Positions 1 through 49,133 of a DNA stretch of 64,000 bases are shown here, piece after piece. Each line of letters begins with the position of its first letter. The stretch's first letter is position 1. The position numbers were made by a program, and so were the translations under genes. Source of the stretch: Octopus sinensis (Eukaryota); the NCBI RefSeq assembly GCF_006345805.1, contig NC_043003.1:104966001-105030000 (forward strand), written 5' to 3'. Below the pieces are notes generated by a model. That model was not told the DNA's origin. It did no database searches and was given only the letters and a program-made list of their open reading frames with translations.

Positions 1-1079
1 TGCCCGAGGGGGTGTGTGCTGAGTTCGCCTTTCTGCTTACTATAACTTTGGTCTTTGCTACATTTACTCTAAGGCCCTTTGATTCTAACCCTTGCTTCCA
101 CACCCGAAATTTCTTTTCTAGTTCCGGTAGTGATTCTGCTACGAGAGCCAGGTCATCAGCATAGAGGAGCTCCCAGGGGCATCCTGTTTTGAATTCCTCT
201 GTTATTGCCTGGAGGACTATGATGAATAAAAGGGGACTGAGGGCTGAGCCTTGGTGCACACCTACTTCTACCCGGAATTCTTCACTATATTCGTTGCCAA
301 TCCTAACCTTGCTGACAGCCTCTCTGTATAGAGCCTGTACAGCCCTTATTAGCCATTCGTCAATCTCCAGTTTCCGCATCGACCACCAGATAAGGGAACG
401 GGGAACCCTGTCAAAGGCTTTCTCCAAGTCCACAAAAGCTATGTAGAGGGGTTTATCTTTAGCTAAGTACTTCTCCTGCAGTTGTCGGACCAGGAATATA
501 GCATCAGTGGTGCTTCTACCTGGCACAAAACTGAACTGCATTTCATCTAAGCAAATTCTCTCCCTAATGAAATGGTTTATGACCCTCTCTGTGACCTTCA
601 TCACCTGATCCAACAGTTTGATACCCCTGTAGTTATTTCTATCTAGAGCATCACCCTTACCCTTGTAGCAGTTGACTATGGTGCTGCTACGCCAGTCATT
701 GGGTATGACTCCATTATGAACTACCTGGTTTACAATGCGGGTGACTAGGCCATGGCCCACATAGCCAGCTGTTTTAAGCATCTCAGCAGTGATTCCTGAT
801 GGGCCGGGGGCTTTACCTGGTTTCATATCCTTAATTACCTTAACTACAAGGGAGCTGTCTATTCAGGTAGCTGGTCCCTCTACTGGGTCAACATTTGGCA
901 GGCTCTCCTCCTCCCATTCATTCTCCTCATTCAGCAGTCTTTCATAATGGCTTCTCCAAGCCTCTTTCTTTTCACTAACATTAAAAGCAAGTGCCCCATC
1001 ATCCATGCGGACACATTTCTCTCCTGTAACATCACTATTTTCTCTGACACACTGTCTGGCAATCCGAAATACCTCAGCT

Positions 1080-1081
<2 letters not shown>
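1..1081 (-). mobile_element. RTE-clade LINE fragment (reverse transcriptase region), runs off the window edge
   Basis: Minus-strand translation gives KAPGPSGI, NYRGIKLL, AFVDLEKAFDRVPR, GVHQGSALSPLLF, LYADDL. Abuts a (TA)n/(TG)n tract. Confidence 0.9.
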
Positions 1082-1115
<34 letters not shown>

Positions 1116-1158
1116 GTGTGTGTGTGTGTGTGTATATATATAAATATATATGTGTGTG

Positions 1159-1266
<108 letters not shown>

Positions 1267-2455
1267 AACTGGATATGCTAACCATCCGCATTGTCCTTAT
1301 TTCCCTATCTCTTTTTTTTTTTTTTACAGAATTTGAATGCCCAGGAGTGTTTAGGTAATGATTGTCTTTTTTTTCTATTATTAAGAAGGTTGTCTCATCT
1401 TTAAGGATTTCCAGTACTTCACTGAAGCATAAACAGCAGCTATGTCTCACCCTTTTGTAGAGATCTGCAGCAGATAGTCTAGACCATTGTAATTCATAGT
1501 CTATATTTCTTAAACAAATAAGGAAGCAAACTCAATCTGCATTGAGAAATTGTGACAAATACCATTTTTAAAAACCAAACAATGATTAATAAAATTAACA
1601 ATCTGAAACATTTAAAACAAAATCATTGCTAACAAACATCAGACACAAATAATACACAGAAAATAACAGATAGAAGGGAATAAAATAGAAATATCAAAAG
1701 CCAAAGGATGTTAATGAGAAATGTTTTACTGTTTTATTTCAAAATGCTGACAGTAATTTAGAGTATTTAGTATGATCATTAATAATAACAGGATTTAAAA
1801 ATTAACTCTGGGATGAATTAAACCAAAATAACATGATTGGATTAACTGATTATTAATTGAGTAATCAATTAATAGATTGATTGTTGTCATAACAAACAAT
1901 ATATACAATTTTACAAATCCTATATATTTTTATATATAAAATGTGTCTTTATCTATTTCATTTGTTGCTTCCTCACATGTGGAAACAGCAAGAGGCGCAA
2001 ATAACATGTGGGTTTCTATTGAATGGAATCTGCTATTATATTTGATTCCCAGTCCTAATTATTTTTTACCTATTATGGCTAATGCCATTAGGAGAGGCAA
2101 GAATGTCAAAACTCTTATTCACTCATCACCTGAAATCAATAACATTAACCATTTTAAAAGATGTCTCAACAAAAAATTAATTGAAAAAAAAAAAAAAATC
2201 TGTTGATTGCATTCGTTTATATAACATCTGTTTATTGCATACGATCGTGCTTCATGATTCAAGATGATTGGTTCCTAAACTGTTGGATATGCTAAGTTGT
2301 AATAATTTTGTTCCTACCAAGTCAATATAAATTCCAATTAGACACAAGTCCAGTAAATTGTGGGGAGGAGTTAAGGTACCGTATAAGACATTTTTCTAAG
2401 AACAAAACCACCCCTGGTTCTGTATGCAGTGCTGGGCCTACATAACATGCTTTAA

Positions 2456-2671
2456 CCCTTCAGCATTCAGGGAACCCTGCCAAAGATAATACTTATTTTT
2501 GCATTTTGTTTTGAATTAATCATGCATTATCTCACAGATTCGAGATTTTGATGATGTGATAGTTTATTTTTACAGTGGCATTATAGGTTAAGTGTGAGAG
2601 GCCAGATCCGGCCAGTTTGAGCATAAGACTGAATATTTTGGCCAGATATGGCTGGTTTAAATGGTAAAAGG
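2456..2671. mobile_element. piggyBac-type MITE, second family (split relative at about 13850-14530)
   Basis: TTAA|CCCTTCAGCATT...AATGGTAAAAGG|TTAA. Confidence 0.7.
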
Positions 2672-3733
2672 TTAATTTCCTGAACATGCATTGCTGAAAC
2701 TGGAGTATGCCTTGTATGCCCGGGTACCTTTTATGCCACCAACTAAGGTACTTAAATCAATCCCAGCATCTAGTTTGTACTTTATTGTACTCAGAAGAAT
2801 GAAAGACAAAGTTCAACTCGGTGGGATTTGAACAAAGAAAGCAAAATAAACATAACTAAAATCCTGCAAGACATTTGTCAGACGCACCAACAACTCTGCT
2901 AATTCATCAACTGAAAAAAAAAATCAGTGAAGAATGTGATATGCGATATCTTTTATCAGTTATTGAAACCTTGTCAAACACTCAATTACAGAGAGCTTAT
3001 TTATTAATTTTCATCCCAGGCAATTTCATGGATGAAATTTAGGTGCGATGCCAACTTTCTAGACACTGATGGCCCAGAACCTTTTATAATCTAGACTAAT
3101 TAACACTAATGAATAGGTGACTGTATTTTACTTAATTATTAAAGTAAACTTAATATTTGTTTAATTTAGAGTGTGTTGGCCAAGGTGACCACGACTGGTT
3201 AAAAAAAATCAGTCCTGAAGACCAATGTTGTATCTGTTAGTAATGGAGAATTATGAACTGAACAAATCAATACAAAATATAAATATTGATCTTTTAACTG
3301 AATAGATCCAGTGAATAACTCAGTCTTGGTTTATTGACAATGGAGGAACGAAAACCAAAGCCAACATTGGCTGGATTTAAACCCAAAACATAAAAGGACA
3401 AATTGAAATTCTTTAAAGCATTGAGACTGGTGCTCTGTCAGATGTGCCATTTATGCAACTATTCTTAAAACAAAGAAGCAGAACAAGATATTTTGGAGGT
3501 GAACATGGTTGATTTAATCAATCCCAGGACTAAAGAGGGACACATTTTATTGCACCCGAGAAAATGAACAGCAGATCTGACCTCAACAGAATCTGAGCTC
3601 AGAATGGAAAATTAAAAATGATAAACAAATTTGTTTGAAACGGTACCAGTTCTACATTTTGCTGCTCTCTACTTGGTTCTAAATATGGAAACTAATTAGT
3701 GACAGAAGAATCACCAAAGTCTCAATCTCTATT

Positions 3734-3781
<48 letters not shown>

Positions 3782-6700
3782 AAAGCATTAGTAGTTTGTC
3801 TATTTAAGGAGAGAAATTTCAACAGATTAAGTGCCAGGCTATTCTAAGTGCCAGGTTAGCCTAAGTGCCAAGCTAACCTAAAAGCAGACATAAACGCACT
3901 GAAGATGATGATGATACTTTGCAAAAGTGTGAGATCTCAGAATTTTAAAAAGAAGAAGAAAAGAAATAACTATTTGTGATGCAAATGACATTTTTTTTTC
4001 TTCCAAAGACCATTAGCAACATAAAGGGAAATAATGCTTGCGACTGGGAAATATATAAAAAAAAAGGTTCAAAATTATTATGCCACTAAATGATGATGAT
4101 GATGATGAAGGTTAATGGTCCCACAAGAAAATCCTAATCAGCTAATACAAATTACACTTTCTACTTAATTAACAGATGTTGGTTTAAATAATACAGCTAC
4201 TGTAATAAACACAGAGCTGCCACCTCGTTCCCCCCCCCCCAACCACTTTATTCTCGCTTATGTTATCAACCTGTTGACATCACAGACGAATCTCTTCACA
4301 ACCTTACACAGAACATATTTTTTTCCAGGTTGTGTTAATTAAACGTTGGGGGAGGGGGGATGAGGGGGTAAAATTAAGGATCTCGCTTAAATAAATATAA
4401 CTTTTTGGACAGGGCACAAACTGTGAATTAAATAAACAAAACAGTTATAAGATTCCTTTAATAATTTAATGAAACAGAAATGTAAGAAATTAAATATTAC
4501 ATTTGATAATTAAACAAGTCATAATTAATTAGTCTATATTTCTTCCTTATACAGAATTAACCTCCAGCTTAAACACACTTAATAGGTATCATAATTTAAA
4601 TTCAGCCCCTAAAGGGGATTTGAAAGTGACTCATGTTAGAGCAAACCCTCCATCCCTTTTAAAGAGGATCCATAAACATCCTCCAATCCTGAATTAAAAT
4701 TAACCCCTAAAAATAAGTTACCTTATAAATGAAAGAATTAGAAACCCATTTCTCCCCAAAATTAGGTTCAGCCCCTAATGATATGTTTTTTTGTTTTTTA
4801 ATGGGAGTGAAAAGTTGAAGGTCATTAACGGTAAAATATATTTTGCAAGAGTGATTTTTTTCCCTAAAATGTAAACTCCTTTGATAGGAAAGAAAGACAG
4901 GTATATATAGTAACCCTTTACACTGTCCTACCCTAAAGGAAAATCAGGGGTCTACCATTACTCACATAATATCCCCTTTCTTAGATATCTCCTCATTTAT
5001 CACCAGTGACACCCCCTAATGACATATACAGGGAGAGTGTGACATCCCTCTCTTTTTAAAAGATACCCATGTTACATCCGAGACACAAATAACAAACATT
5101 CCACCCCGCTACGCACCCAGCCAAACCAATATTTCATTCCTCATAAATATGTATGCATACGCATACTTGAATATAGACACACACATGCACAAATACATAC
5201 ACACAAGCATATTATTTCACCACACACACCGTTGCCAGTACCGCCTGACTGGCCCTCGTGCCGGTGGCATGTAAAAGCACTCACTACACTCTCGGAGTGG
5301 TTGGCGTTCTTCTACTTCTGAACACACCAGAAAGACCAGTATTTCATTTCACACACACACATACACACAAATGCACGCACTCAAACAGAACAGGGAATCT
5401 TAGTCGTTAGTTGTGTCACTAGAAATCTTCCTCAAAATCCTACAATTTTATTGGAATGACACATTGGATAATGTAGTCTAATCCTGAATGTAAAAAAGAA
5501 AAAAAAAACAGGATGGTCATGGCTGGAATACTTTGATCAAAGCTTTGCTTGATCAGGGATGATCTGGGGCCAAGTAACAATAGAAATCAACACACAGACT
5601 CACCCAGTTTCCCATTTAACATACAAATGCCAGGAGAAATTTAATCCTTCCATTTATGAGACACCAGTTCCAGACACACACACACACACCAACTTCTATA
5701 TACATGTGACAGACCAATGTCACATCCTCCCCCCCCCCTCTCTCCCCACCTGACCTCCAGATCAAAGACGGATCATTATACCAAACACAGGATTAAGCCA
5801 TGTCCAACTTAGAATCCAGATTCAGCAGTTAATGGAATAATCAATAATCAATAATAATAATAATAAAAAAAGAGAAAACTTTATTAATATGTTAACAATG
5901 ATAAGTTCAATCTTTGGCACTTGGTCCTAGATTTTGTGGGAGGAATGAAGTCAATATAACTGACCCCACTACCTTGAACTTTTTTACTTATTTTTATCAA
6001 CCCCAGGAGGATGAAAACTAAGTACTGACCTGATGGGATTTGAACTCAAAATATAGAGGGACAAATCTAAGAACTGTTTTATCAATTTAGTCAGGGGCTT
6101 TGCTATATCTGCCACCTTAAAAAAAAAATATTATAATAATAATACAGATTTCAAATTTTGGCACAAGGCCAGCAATTCTGAGGTGGGGTAAATCAATTAC
6201 ATTGACCCCAGTATTCAACTGGTATTTATTTTATTGATCCCAAAAGGATGAAAGGCAAAGTTGACCCTTAGCAGGATTTGAGTTCAACATTTAAAGAACT
6301 GGAAGAGATGCTACAAGACATTTTGTCTGGTGGGTTAATGAGTCTGCCTTCTTGCCATTCTTAATGATAATAATAATAATAATAATAATAATGATGATGA
6401 TGATAATTTTAATAATTTTTAAAGGAAACATTATTTTATCAAAATCTATCACAGAGATCAGAACCAGTAAATTCTTTACAAAGTTCAACAATTGTTATTA
6501 CGGATTCTTCAAATATATAAAAACTTAGACTCTAAATTCAAAAAGTCTAAAATTCTTCAACAGTAAAAATTGGATTTATCATAATTATGTTCCATTTCAG
6601 AATTTGCTTTTTTTTTTTCTTTTATTGTTTTTCAATTTTCTTCTGGAAATATTTGTGAGAAGAAAAAATTTTTTGAAGAATTAACAGTGTCAGAGCAATG

Positions 6701-8035
6701 ACTCCCAAAGATTCTGTTCCTGTTCTTGGAACAGTAAAAACCACTCCAGCACTGTGAGTTCACAAGTGATTTATAGTCATGGAATAGCCATAGGTGCAGG
6801 AGGATTCCCAGAAAAGATTAAAATGTTTGTAAAATGTTAGAAACCAATGTAGACCACAGAGCCTTTAAAAGTTTCCATTGTGGCTTAGCTGTGTGGTATT
6901 AAGCTGATGAGAGATAAATTTACATCAGGATAAGATACAAGTCTTTTGCATTCTGAGATAATGAAATCAGATTGATACCTATGTAGGTGAGACAGCTCGG
7001 TGAAGTGAGTCATGCAGAACTAAGTGTACGGCTGAAATACTCCAGAAAACATCTGCAGCAGATCAGAATTCTATATCCCCTTGACAGTCCATAACAATTC
7101 AGCTCTTTTGGTTCCACAAACAGATGACAGCTGTTTAAGACTGAAGGATATATCAGAAAGCCATTAATAATCCATGTTTAAAGACAGATGAGGGGTCAGC
7201 TAATCCTTTACAGACCTCAAGAATCCATAGAATTGGCAAATGCTAAGTGAATGAAACATCAATCCCTTCTTGGATCAGATGCTGGACTATTTCAGGGACC
7301 TTTTCAGACTGAATTGAGCATCGTAAACCAAACATTAACACCTATAATATTTCTTTCTACTACAGGCACAAAGCCTGAATTTGAGGGGAGGGGCCTAGTC
7401 AATTACATCACCCCTAATATACAATTTTACTGACCCCAAAAGGATGAAAGACAAAGTCAGCCTTCACAGAATTTGAACTCAGAACACAAAGCCAAAATAA
7501 ATACCACAAAGTATTTTGTGAGACAAGCAAAGGATTCCAGCAGCTCACTCCGTTTAAGATCTGTAACGCTGCCACTGCATAACTCTCAACAGCCAATTCC
7601 ATCCAACCCTCAAAGGATACAACAAGTGTCTGTAATATATTCTACAAAGGTAAGCCATAGGGAAAGTCAGTCTGCCTTCAGTTAAACCATTGATGAAGAA
7701 GCATGAAAAACAAAAGTCAACAATGGATAACTGCTCCTTCTGAAAGAGAGAAAGACTAAATCATAGAAAACTCCTCTTGAGAGGGACAAAAGTGATGATG
7801 GACGCTTCGGCTAAATGGAGAAATGAGAACCACTCAATGACTCGCAGACCAGTAGCAGAGTTAGCAAAGAGAATTCCTGCCTGTGGGAGAATAACAATAA
7901 CAATAACATTGATCAGCAATTAATATCCACTGATTACATCAACTGACACGTCAACAGACCATGCTCTGCCTGATTGTTAATTGATCACATGAATTCTTCC
8001 TTTGTAAGGGAAGCTGAAACAATTCTCTTTGATTG

Positions 8036-8073
<38 letters not shown>

Positions 8074-8665
8074 ATGCGTGAATGCACGCATGTGTGTTTC
8101 TTCACTATAAATGTTCAGAATTTTATTTTATTTTCATAATTCTAACAAATGTTAGAGATCAAAAAACAGGATTCGGCTGACAACCCAAAAAATATTTAAA
8201 AAAAAAAATTAAAAAAGTATCAGCAGAATATTTTGTCAGCAGAAATATGCAAAAAAAAAAAAAAAAAAAATGCAGAGTTTAATCTTCAAACCTCTTTTGA
8301 GATTGGATTACACTGTAAGAAGCTGTTTAACTTCCACTTCGGACATTTGTGGTTGCCTGCTGGTGTAAGAACACCACCAAATATTCATTGTGAATGAATA
8401 TCAAGTATCTTATTTAAATAACGTGTTAATATTCTATGAATATTGTATCTTCATATTGTAATTGTATGTTTGAATAAGGAAAATACCAAATATTCATTTC
8501 AGCTTTTTGTTAAAATCGGTTCTGTAAATGACTCCTTTAGAAAATACCACTGAAGATAAAACATTTTGAAAAAAGAAAAAACCATCCTTAGATTTTTCAT
8601 TAAAACAGGATTGTGATGTGGCATCACGTTGCATTTTCTTCTAGATGGAGACAATGGAACTAAGT

Positions 8666-42704
<34,039 letters not shown>

Positions 42705-43139
42705 ATTACAAATAACAGAGAAAATCTTATCATATATATAATATAAATACATACAGACGGTCTTCTGTTTGTTCGTTTTGCATCAAGTTCGAAGAATCTC
42801 TGTCCAGTGCCCGAGTAGCAACGAAACGAGAGGCGGATACGGCAGTACACACGACGAGGCCCGCACTGTTTGTTTCCAAGGACATCAAACAAACTGGAAG
42901 GTCCAAGTGGTGGAACCTGGCAAACCAGCGAACCGCATCATTCAGCTGTTGAGGATGCTGCGAAGACAATCCCCGACATTCTTCTCTTCCTTGCTGACAA
43001 ACAATTCCTTCTTCTTCTTCTCACGATTGTTGTCGTTCCGAACTGTTGCACAAGCACTTCCCATGTGGTGCCGTTCCTCCTTCCCTTCCTCTTTGTTCCT
43101 GTCTCAGCCGAATAATATTTGCCAGCGACAGAGAAAGAA

Positions 43140-43205
43140 AGAGACAAAAAATGCCAGAGAGAGAGAGAGAGGGCGGGGCGGCCTGTTTCCTGCAGAGACT
43201 CGTCA
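43140..43205 (-). promoter_or_regulatory. Probable ZDHHC6 core promoter region (GC box GGGCGGGGCGG next to a GA tract)
   Basis: Sp1-like box at about 43171-43181, roughly 470 bp upstream of the ATG, in a locally CpG-richer, repeat-free stretch. TSS unknown. Confidence 0.4.
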
Positions 43206-45290
43206 CAGTTTTTAATCAGTGGCTGGAGCTCTCTTGCTTAGGAGGTACAATAATTAAACACAATCAACAAGAGGTTAAATAATTCAGGGAAATAACTAAG
43301 ATAATAGTTCAACAGAGTAATTCCCCTTTGATAATGTTAATCCACTTCTATTTCCACTGTAAAATTATAACGTCTGAACAATTGAATAATTACAGAAAGT
43401 GTGTGTTTATCTATCAATAAATTGGCGCTTATAACTTTATTCTAAAATGCAGTCGTTCCAGACTCTACACACAATTCTGAGTTAATTTTCTTGACCAAAA
43501 TATACAAAAAATATTCTTTTCCATTCTAGGCACAAAGCCCGAAATTTTGAGGGAGGGGGCCAGTCGATTAGATCGATCCCAGTACGTAACTGGTACTTAT
43601 TTAATCGACCCCAATAGGATGAAAGGCAAAGTCGACCTCGACGGAATTTGAACTCGGAACGTAAAGACAAACAAAATATATATTTCTTTACTACCCACAA
43701 GGGGCTAAACACAGAGGGAACAAACAAGGACAGACATAGGTATTAAGTCGATTACATCGACCCCGAAAGGATGAAAGGCAAAGTCGATCTCGGCGGAATT
43801 TGAACTCAGAACGTAACGGCAGACGAAATACGGCTACGCATTTCACCCGGTGTGCTAACGATTCTGCCAGCTCATAAAAGACAAGATGTGACATGCTAGA
43901 TAAGTGAGGCTTGAATTGGTGAAGTGTCGAATAAGAATGCTATGCATTATTGAGTTACGTCCCTTTATGTTCAGCGTTCAAATGCAACCGGGATCGACTT
44001 TGCATGTTTTCAGCAGTTAAATAAATAAGTGAAATAGCGATGTTGGTACGGTCAACCCCTAAGCATGTGTGGTTTATGTTCATGCTGGGCTGCGTTGAAC
44101 GGGACTCCCACCTCAGACGACGAGGAGTTTGACGGATGCCAAACAATGAGAAGTAACATGCCGGTTCACTCAGATCAAGGTTTCAGTTCCTGGTTGAGAA
44201 ACCAGTGTGTATTCATTACATTTGTGATGGATTCAACAAAGGCAATAAATGGTCCCCAGATCCAGATGTCGCTTCATACATTTCTCCTGGTGCTGCCTTC
44301 TAACGACAATCATGCCACTTGTTTCTTTTTCTTTACAGAAGCCGCGCTGTGGCTCTGGAGTGATTTTCCCTTATATTGATTAATTAAACTACTTTTGTTG
44401 TGTCTTGTGAGGGTCATTTGTTTCAACACACGAATTCGCATCAAGAATATTGCAAACCAAATGCGAAAACGAAGAATAAACCACTCTTTGGGCATTACCT
44501 TAACCAGCAACTTCTCTTTTCCAAATCTACCATTTGGAACTAAAACAGATTTGTCTCCCTTGCACTTATTGTTTAAGCCCCCCCCCACCTCCCGCTAGCG
44601 CTAGCGCTACCGCCGCCGCCGCCGCCACCACCACCACCACCACCACCATCACCTCCACTACAACCACAGCCACCACCACCACCGCCACCACATTAGCCCC
44701 GGATAAAAGGTATTTCTATCAAAACCACCCCGTGTTGATGTGTTTCTAGGATTACATTAACTAATGTGTCCTTCTTTTTTAAAACCGTAAGAATGTGAGT
44801 TGAGAGAACGTAGCTGCTATTGCGACTAGGTCGTGCGATAACGCTTTTGTTAGATGGTGACTACCTACACTTGCATACTCTTCAAGTTGAGTTATATAGC
44901 CCTAATTGCACACACACGAAGTCATATATACACGCACCACACACACATTCACCATTCACACACCGCACGCACCCATGCTACTTGCTGGCGCACACACCCC
45001 ACATGTAGACACACACACACACTCACCATTCACACACACCACACACACACAATAAACACCCACACATTCACATACGCACCGAAATAAATTATGTTTAAGT
45101 GGTTTTTGTCAGATTAGAGATTACTGGAAATGAGTGAATGCCTTATTATACACCCAGTTCACCAAATACACACCCCAAACCATACAACTGTGACCCCCCA
45201 CCACATCAACCTCCTCACCATATACAATTACGCCAAGACTTTTACGTGGTCACTCGATCTGCTAGAAAATGCAGCTAAGTTCCTTTAAAT

Positions 45291-45847
45291 CAGTGGTCCT
45301 CAATCATTTAAAGGACCCCTTTGATTTCTATTTTCCTTGGATGGACCCTCAGAGCCATTCAATGTTCTTGTATTCTTTTATTCTTTTATTCGATTTCAGC
45401 CATTTGTAAGCCTAGTACTTATTCTATTGATTTCCTTTTGCCGAACCGCTAAGTAACGGAGACGTAAACACACCAGCATCAGTTGTCAAGCGATGGTGTG
45501 GGGGGACAAAAACAGACACACAAACACACACGCACATATATATATACTACGGGCTTCTTTCAGTTTCCGTCTACGAAATCCATGCACAAGGCTTTGGTCG
45601 GCTCGAGGAGACACTTGCTCAAGGTGCCACGCAGTGGGACTGAACACAGAACCATGTGGTTGGTAAGCAAGCTACTTCCCACATAGCCACTCCTGCGCCT
45701 GTTTACAAAAATCTAAAATCTTTATAATTAAATATTATTAGCAACAAAATGTTATATGGATCCCTGCCCCCCTCCCAAGGACCATACGGACCTCCAACGG
45801 TCATATGGATTCCCGAGGGCCATATGGACCTCGGTTGAGTACCACTG
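45291..45847. mobile_element. hAT-type MITE with nested SINE
   Basis: TIR CAGTGGTCCTCAATC / GGTTGAGTACCACTG. 8-bp TSD ctttaaat / ctttgaat. Confidence 0.75.
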
Positions 45848-46574
45848 CTTTGAATTATACCCAGCAGTCTTAAAAATAAAGGGAACTCGGTATTGTGACT
45901 GCTTTTGTGAATAAATTGTGGTAAGTAGCTTGCTAACCAACTACATGGTTCCGGGTTCAGTCTCACTGCGTGGCATCTTGGGCAAGTGTCTTCTGCTATA
46001 GCCCCGGGCCGACCAATACCTTGTGAGTGGATTTGGTAGACGGAAACTGAAAGAAGCCTGTCGTATATATGTATATAAATATATGTGTGTGTGTGTGTAT
46101 GTATTTGTGTGTCTGTGTTTGACAACCGATGCTGGTGTGTTTACGTCCCCGTCACTTAGCGGTTCGGCAAAAGAGATCGATAGAATAAGTACTGGACTTA
46201 CAAAGAATAAGTCCCGGTGTCGATTTGCTCGACTAAAGGCGGTGCTCTTGCATGGCCGCAGTCAAATGACTGAAACAAGTAAAAGAGTAAAAGAGTAAGA
46301 CTCGATTGTAGAAAAAGCAAATCATTGCTGCTACTTGGCAAAGTTGTTTATTTTATCAAGTCCGGAATTATGAGAGGTGAAGTTGTCCTCAGCGTACTTT
46401 GAACTCAGGATGCAAGGAGTAATAACGGGCGTTTTGTGAGACGTTCGAACGATTCGGCTAAAGCATAGCGGTTGGGGCGAGGTCCGCCTTGAGCGACACT
46501 TTAACAGGTGGTTGGCACTTTTGGGTTTGTAAATGTAGCTGGGGTGTACGGGAAGCAAAAATATTCGGGTTCCG

Positions 46575-46990
46575 GATGCGAATTTTTATCCCACGAAATT
46601 TCTGGACCCCAGCAATGAACTCATTTGTATACAGCCAATCAGAGCTCACTTCGACCTTGCTGTCAAGTTAACAAACACACTCTACCAAGTGAACTCAAGA
46701 CGAAGAACGCTGTTGTAAGTCCACCGATCACCAAGTGAGGCTTGATTTTAAACAACAACGTAACTACGCAGAGGCAGCCATGGCTGGAAAAAGAACCAGA
46801 ACAACAAGCATTCTTAAAAGAGAAAAGAAACATGGTCATTCCTTACCAAAGTGACCTTATCTTATCGCCCATCACTTGTTATACGCTCATAAATTAGTTT
46901 GATAGTTTAGTTCTGATTGGCTGTATGTAAATGAGTTCATAACTGGGGTCCGGAACTCTCGTGGGAAAAAAAAAATTCGCGGCCCGGGTG
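46575..46990. repeat. Imperfect inverted repeat of about 75 bp (46580-46648 / 46909-46980), probable MITE
   Basis: gaactcatttgtatacagccaatcagagct vs agttctgattggctgtatgtaaatgagttc. Confidence 0.6.
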
Positions 46991-48717
46991 GCACACATTC
47001 TAGCTGCATCACTGGGACAATGTGACCCTGGATATGCAAACAAGATTAGATGGTCCTGACTGGAACGCCCTTGATCAAAAGTCTTCTCAATCAGAGCTTA
47101 TCGTATACATATGTACTCAGAGATACAATTACAAACACACACACACAATTAATCAGACGTGTACATACATTCACAGAGTTACAAACACATTCAAAGTAAA
47201 AGAAAACAGTAAAATTAGAACGTCTGATGTATTAGGAACGATATTAATAACAAATGTTCAACTCAATTTTCCTCTTTTTTTTTTCTAGTTCATTTATTTG
47301 CATTACATTTATTTTGACTCTAAATTACTCAGCAGCAGGAAGGCATGCAGTGTGTTGCAATGGGGAAAATAGGCCAGGTCAATGGGAAAGACAAAAACAA
47401 AATTCCTCGCTTATTAGAGAAAATATAAAACATGTGTTTTAGGTTAATTTGTTCTTGGTTAATTTTGAGGGCAAAAATTCAAATTATTTTGTCTTTTAAT
47501 GGTTTGTTAATGGGTCGCCGTGTTTAGTTGGTCTGGTTATTACAATGTTGCTTGAAAACAATATTAGGATGGTGAGATTGACTGCACTAATAACAATAAT
47601 AATGGTTTCAAATTTTGGCACAAGGTCATCAATTTCGGGAGTCGATTACATCGACCCCAGTGCATAACTGGTACTTATTTTATTGGCTCCCAAAAGGAGG
47701 AAAAGCAAAGTCGACCGTGGCAGAATTTGAACTCAGAATGTAAAGACGGAAGAAATGCCGCTAAGCATTTTGTCCAGCGTTTTAACGATTCTGCCAGCTC
47801 GAGGTACAAGGCCTGACATTTTGAGGGAGGGGGCTAATCGATTACATTGACCCCCGGTGCGTAACTGGTACTTAATTTATCGACCACGAAAGGATGAAAG
47901 GCAAAGTCGACCTCGGGGGAATTTGAACCCAGAACGTGAAGCATTTTATCCGGTGTGCTAACGATTCTGCCAGCTCAGGACCATTTGCATTTACATATGT
48001 ACAACGACTGTTTGAATAAAACAGCATACATCAGGTAGGGACTCAGGTAGTTAAAAGGTGTCATTGTATTAATTATTCATGAAAAAGGTGTTCGTGGTTA
48101 TTAAGAACAGAACGAGTAGAGTGAGAACACCTTATCACAAAACTGAATTCTGTGTAACACCTGAGGTTGTTCTGTTTAGAAGTCCAATATCCCAGTTTTT
48201 ATAACATTCAATCAAACATCTAGAACCTTCGGCAGAACCCCTTGCCAGGGAAATTCATAAGACTTTCTTTCAAGTTAACCGCTTATTTGGTTACATACTT
48301 GCCGATCTAATTGATCAAACTATAGTCACGTGGGCGTTCATACCTTTTATGGTGACACAGTTAATTCCTTGTAACTGTTCGTGCCTTTTATAGCAGCATA
48401 GTCAGGCCAAGGTCCTGAACTGGGGATCTGAACGAAATGGTTGAATTTATCTTTAATCCTTAGAAATTTCTCGCGTTATCCCTTTTTATAGTTTTATTTG
48501 ATGCGTCTGTTTAATTCATCCGAAATATGGCGGACGAAGTGTAAATCCAGAGAGGGTGCTTGGTCGGGAAAAATATTTGGAATTAGAAATCATTGATTCG
48601 GAGCAAATCAGTTCCATGGAGCTCACCTCTCTCTAAGCCACGGAAGATTCGAACCGGGAATTATAATTTTATAGGGACATTCGTTTCTTTTCGACAAGAA
48701 AGGAGTCTTGTCAAAAA

Positions 48718-49133
48718 GGCGCAGGAGTGGCTGTGTGGTAAGTAGCTTGCTTACCAACCACATGGTTACGGGTTCGGTCCCACTGTGTGACATCTTGGGC
48801 AAGTGTTTTCTACTATACTCTCGGGCCGACCAAAGCCTTGTGAGTGGATTTGGTAGACGGAAACTGAAAGAAGCCTGTCGTATATATGCCTATAAGTGTG
48901 TGTGTGTGTGTGTGTGTGTGTGTATCTTTGTGTGTCTGTGTTTGTCTCCCAACATCGCCTGACAACCGATGCTGGTGTGTTTACGTCCCCGTAACTTAGC
49001 GGTTCGGCAAAAGAGACCGATAGAATAAGTACTAGGCTTACAAAGAATAAGTCCTGGGATCGATTTGCTCGACTAAAGTCGGTGCCCCAGCATGGCCACA
49101 GTCATATCACTGAAACAAGTAAAAGAAAGAGTA
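48718..49133 (+). mobile_element. tRNA-derived SINE family A (other copies, approximate: 14546-14900 +, 13168-13560 +, 45917-46297 +, 11065-11425 -, 38190-38605 -, 45400-45700 -, 54280-54605 -)
   Basis: Head GGCGCAGGAGTGGCTGTGTGGTAAG...GGTTCAGTCCC with A/B boxes, internal (TG)n, tail GAAACAAGTAAAAGA. Multi-copy in the window. Confidence 0.88.

Noticed and set aside
46331-46558. CpG-rich ORF containing HLLKC, considered as a GIY-YIG or transposase fragment
   Set aside because: No further diagnostic residues.
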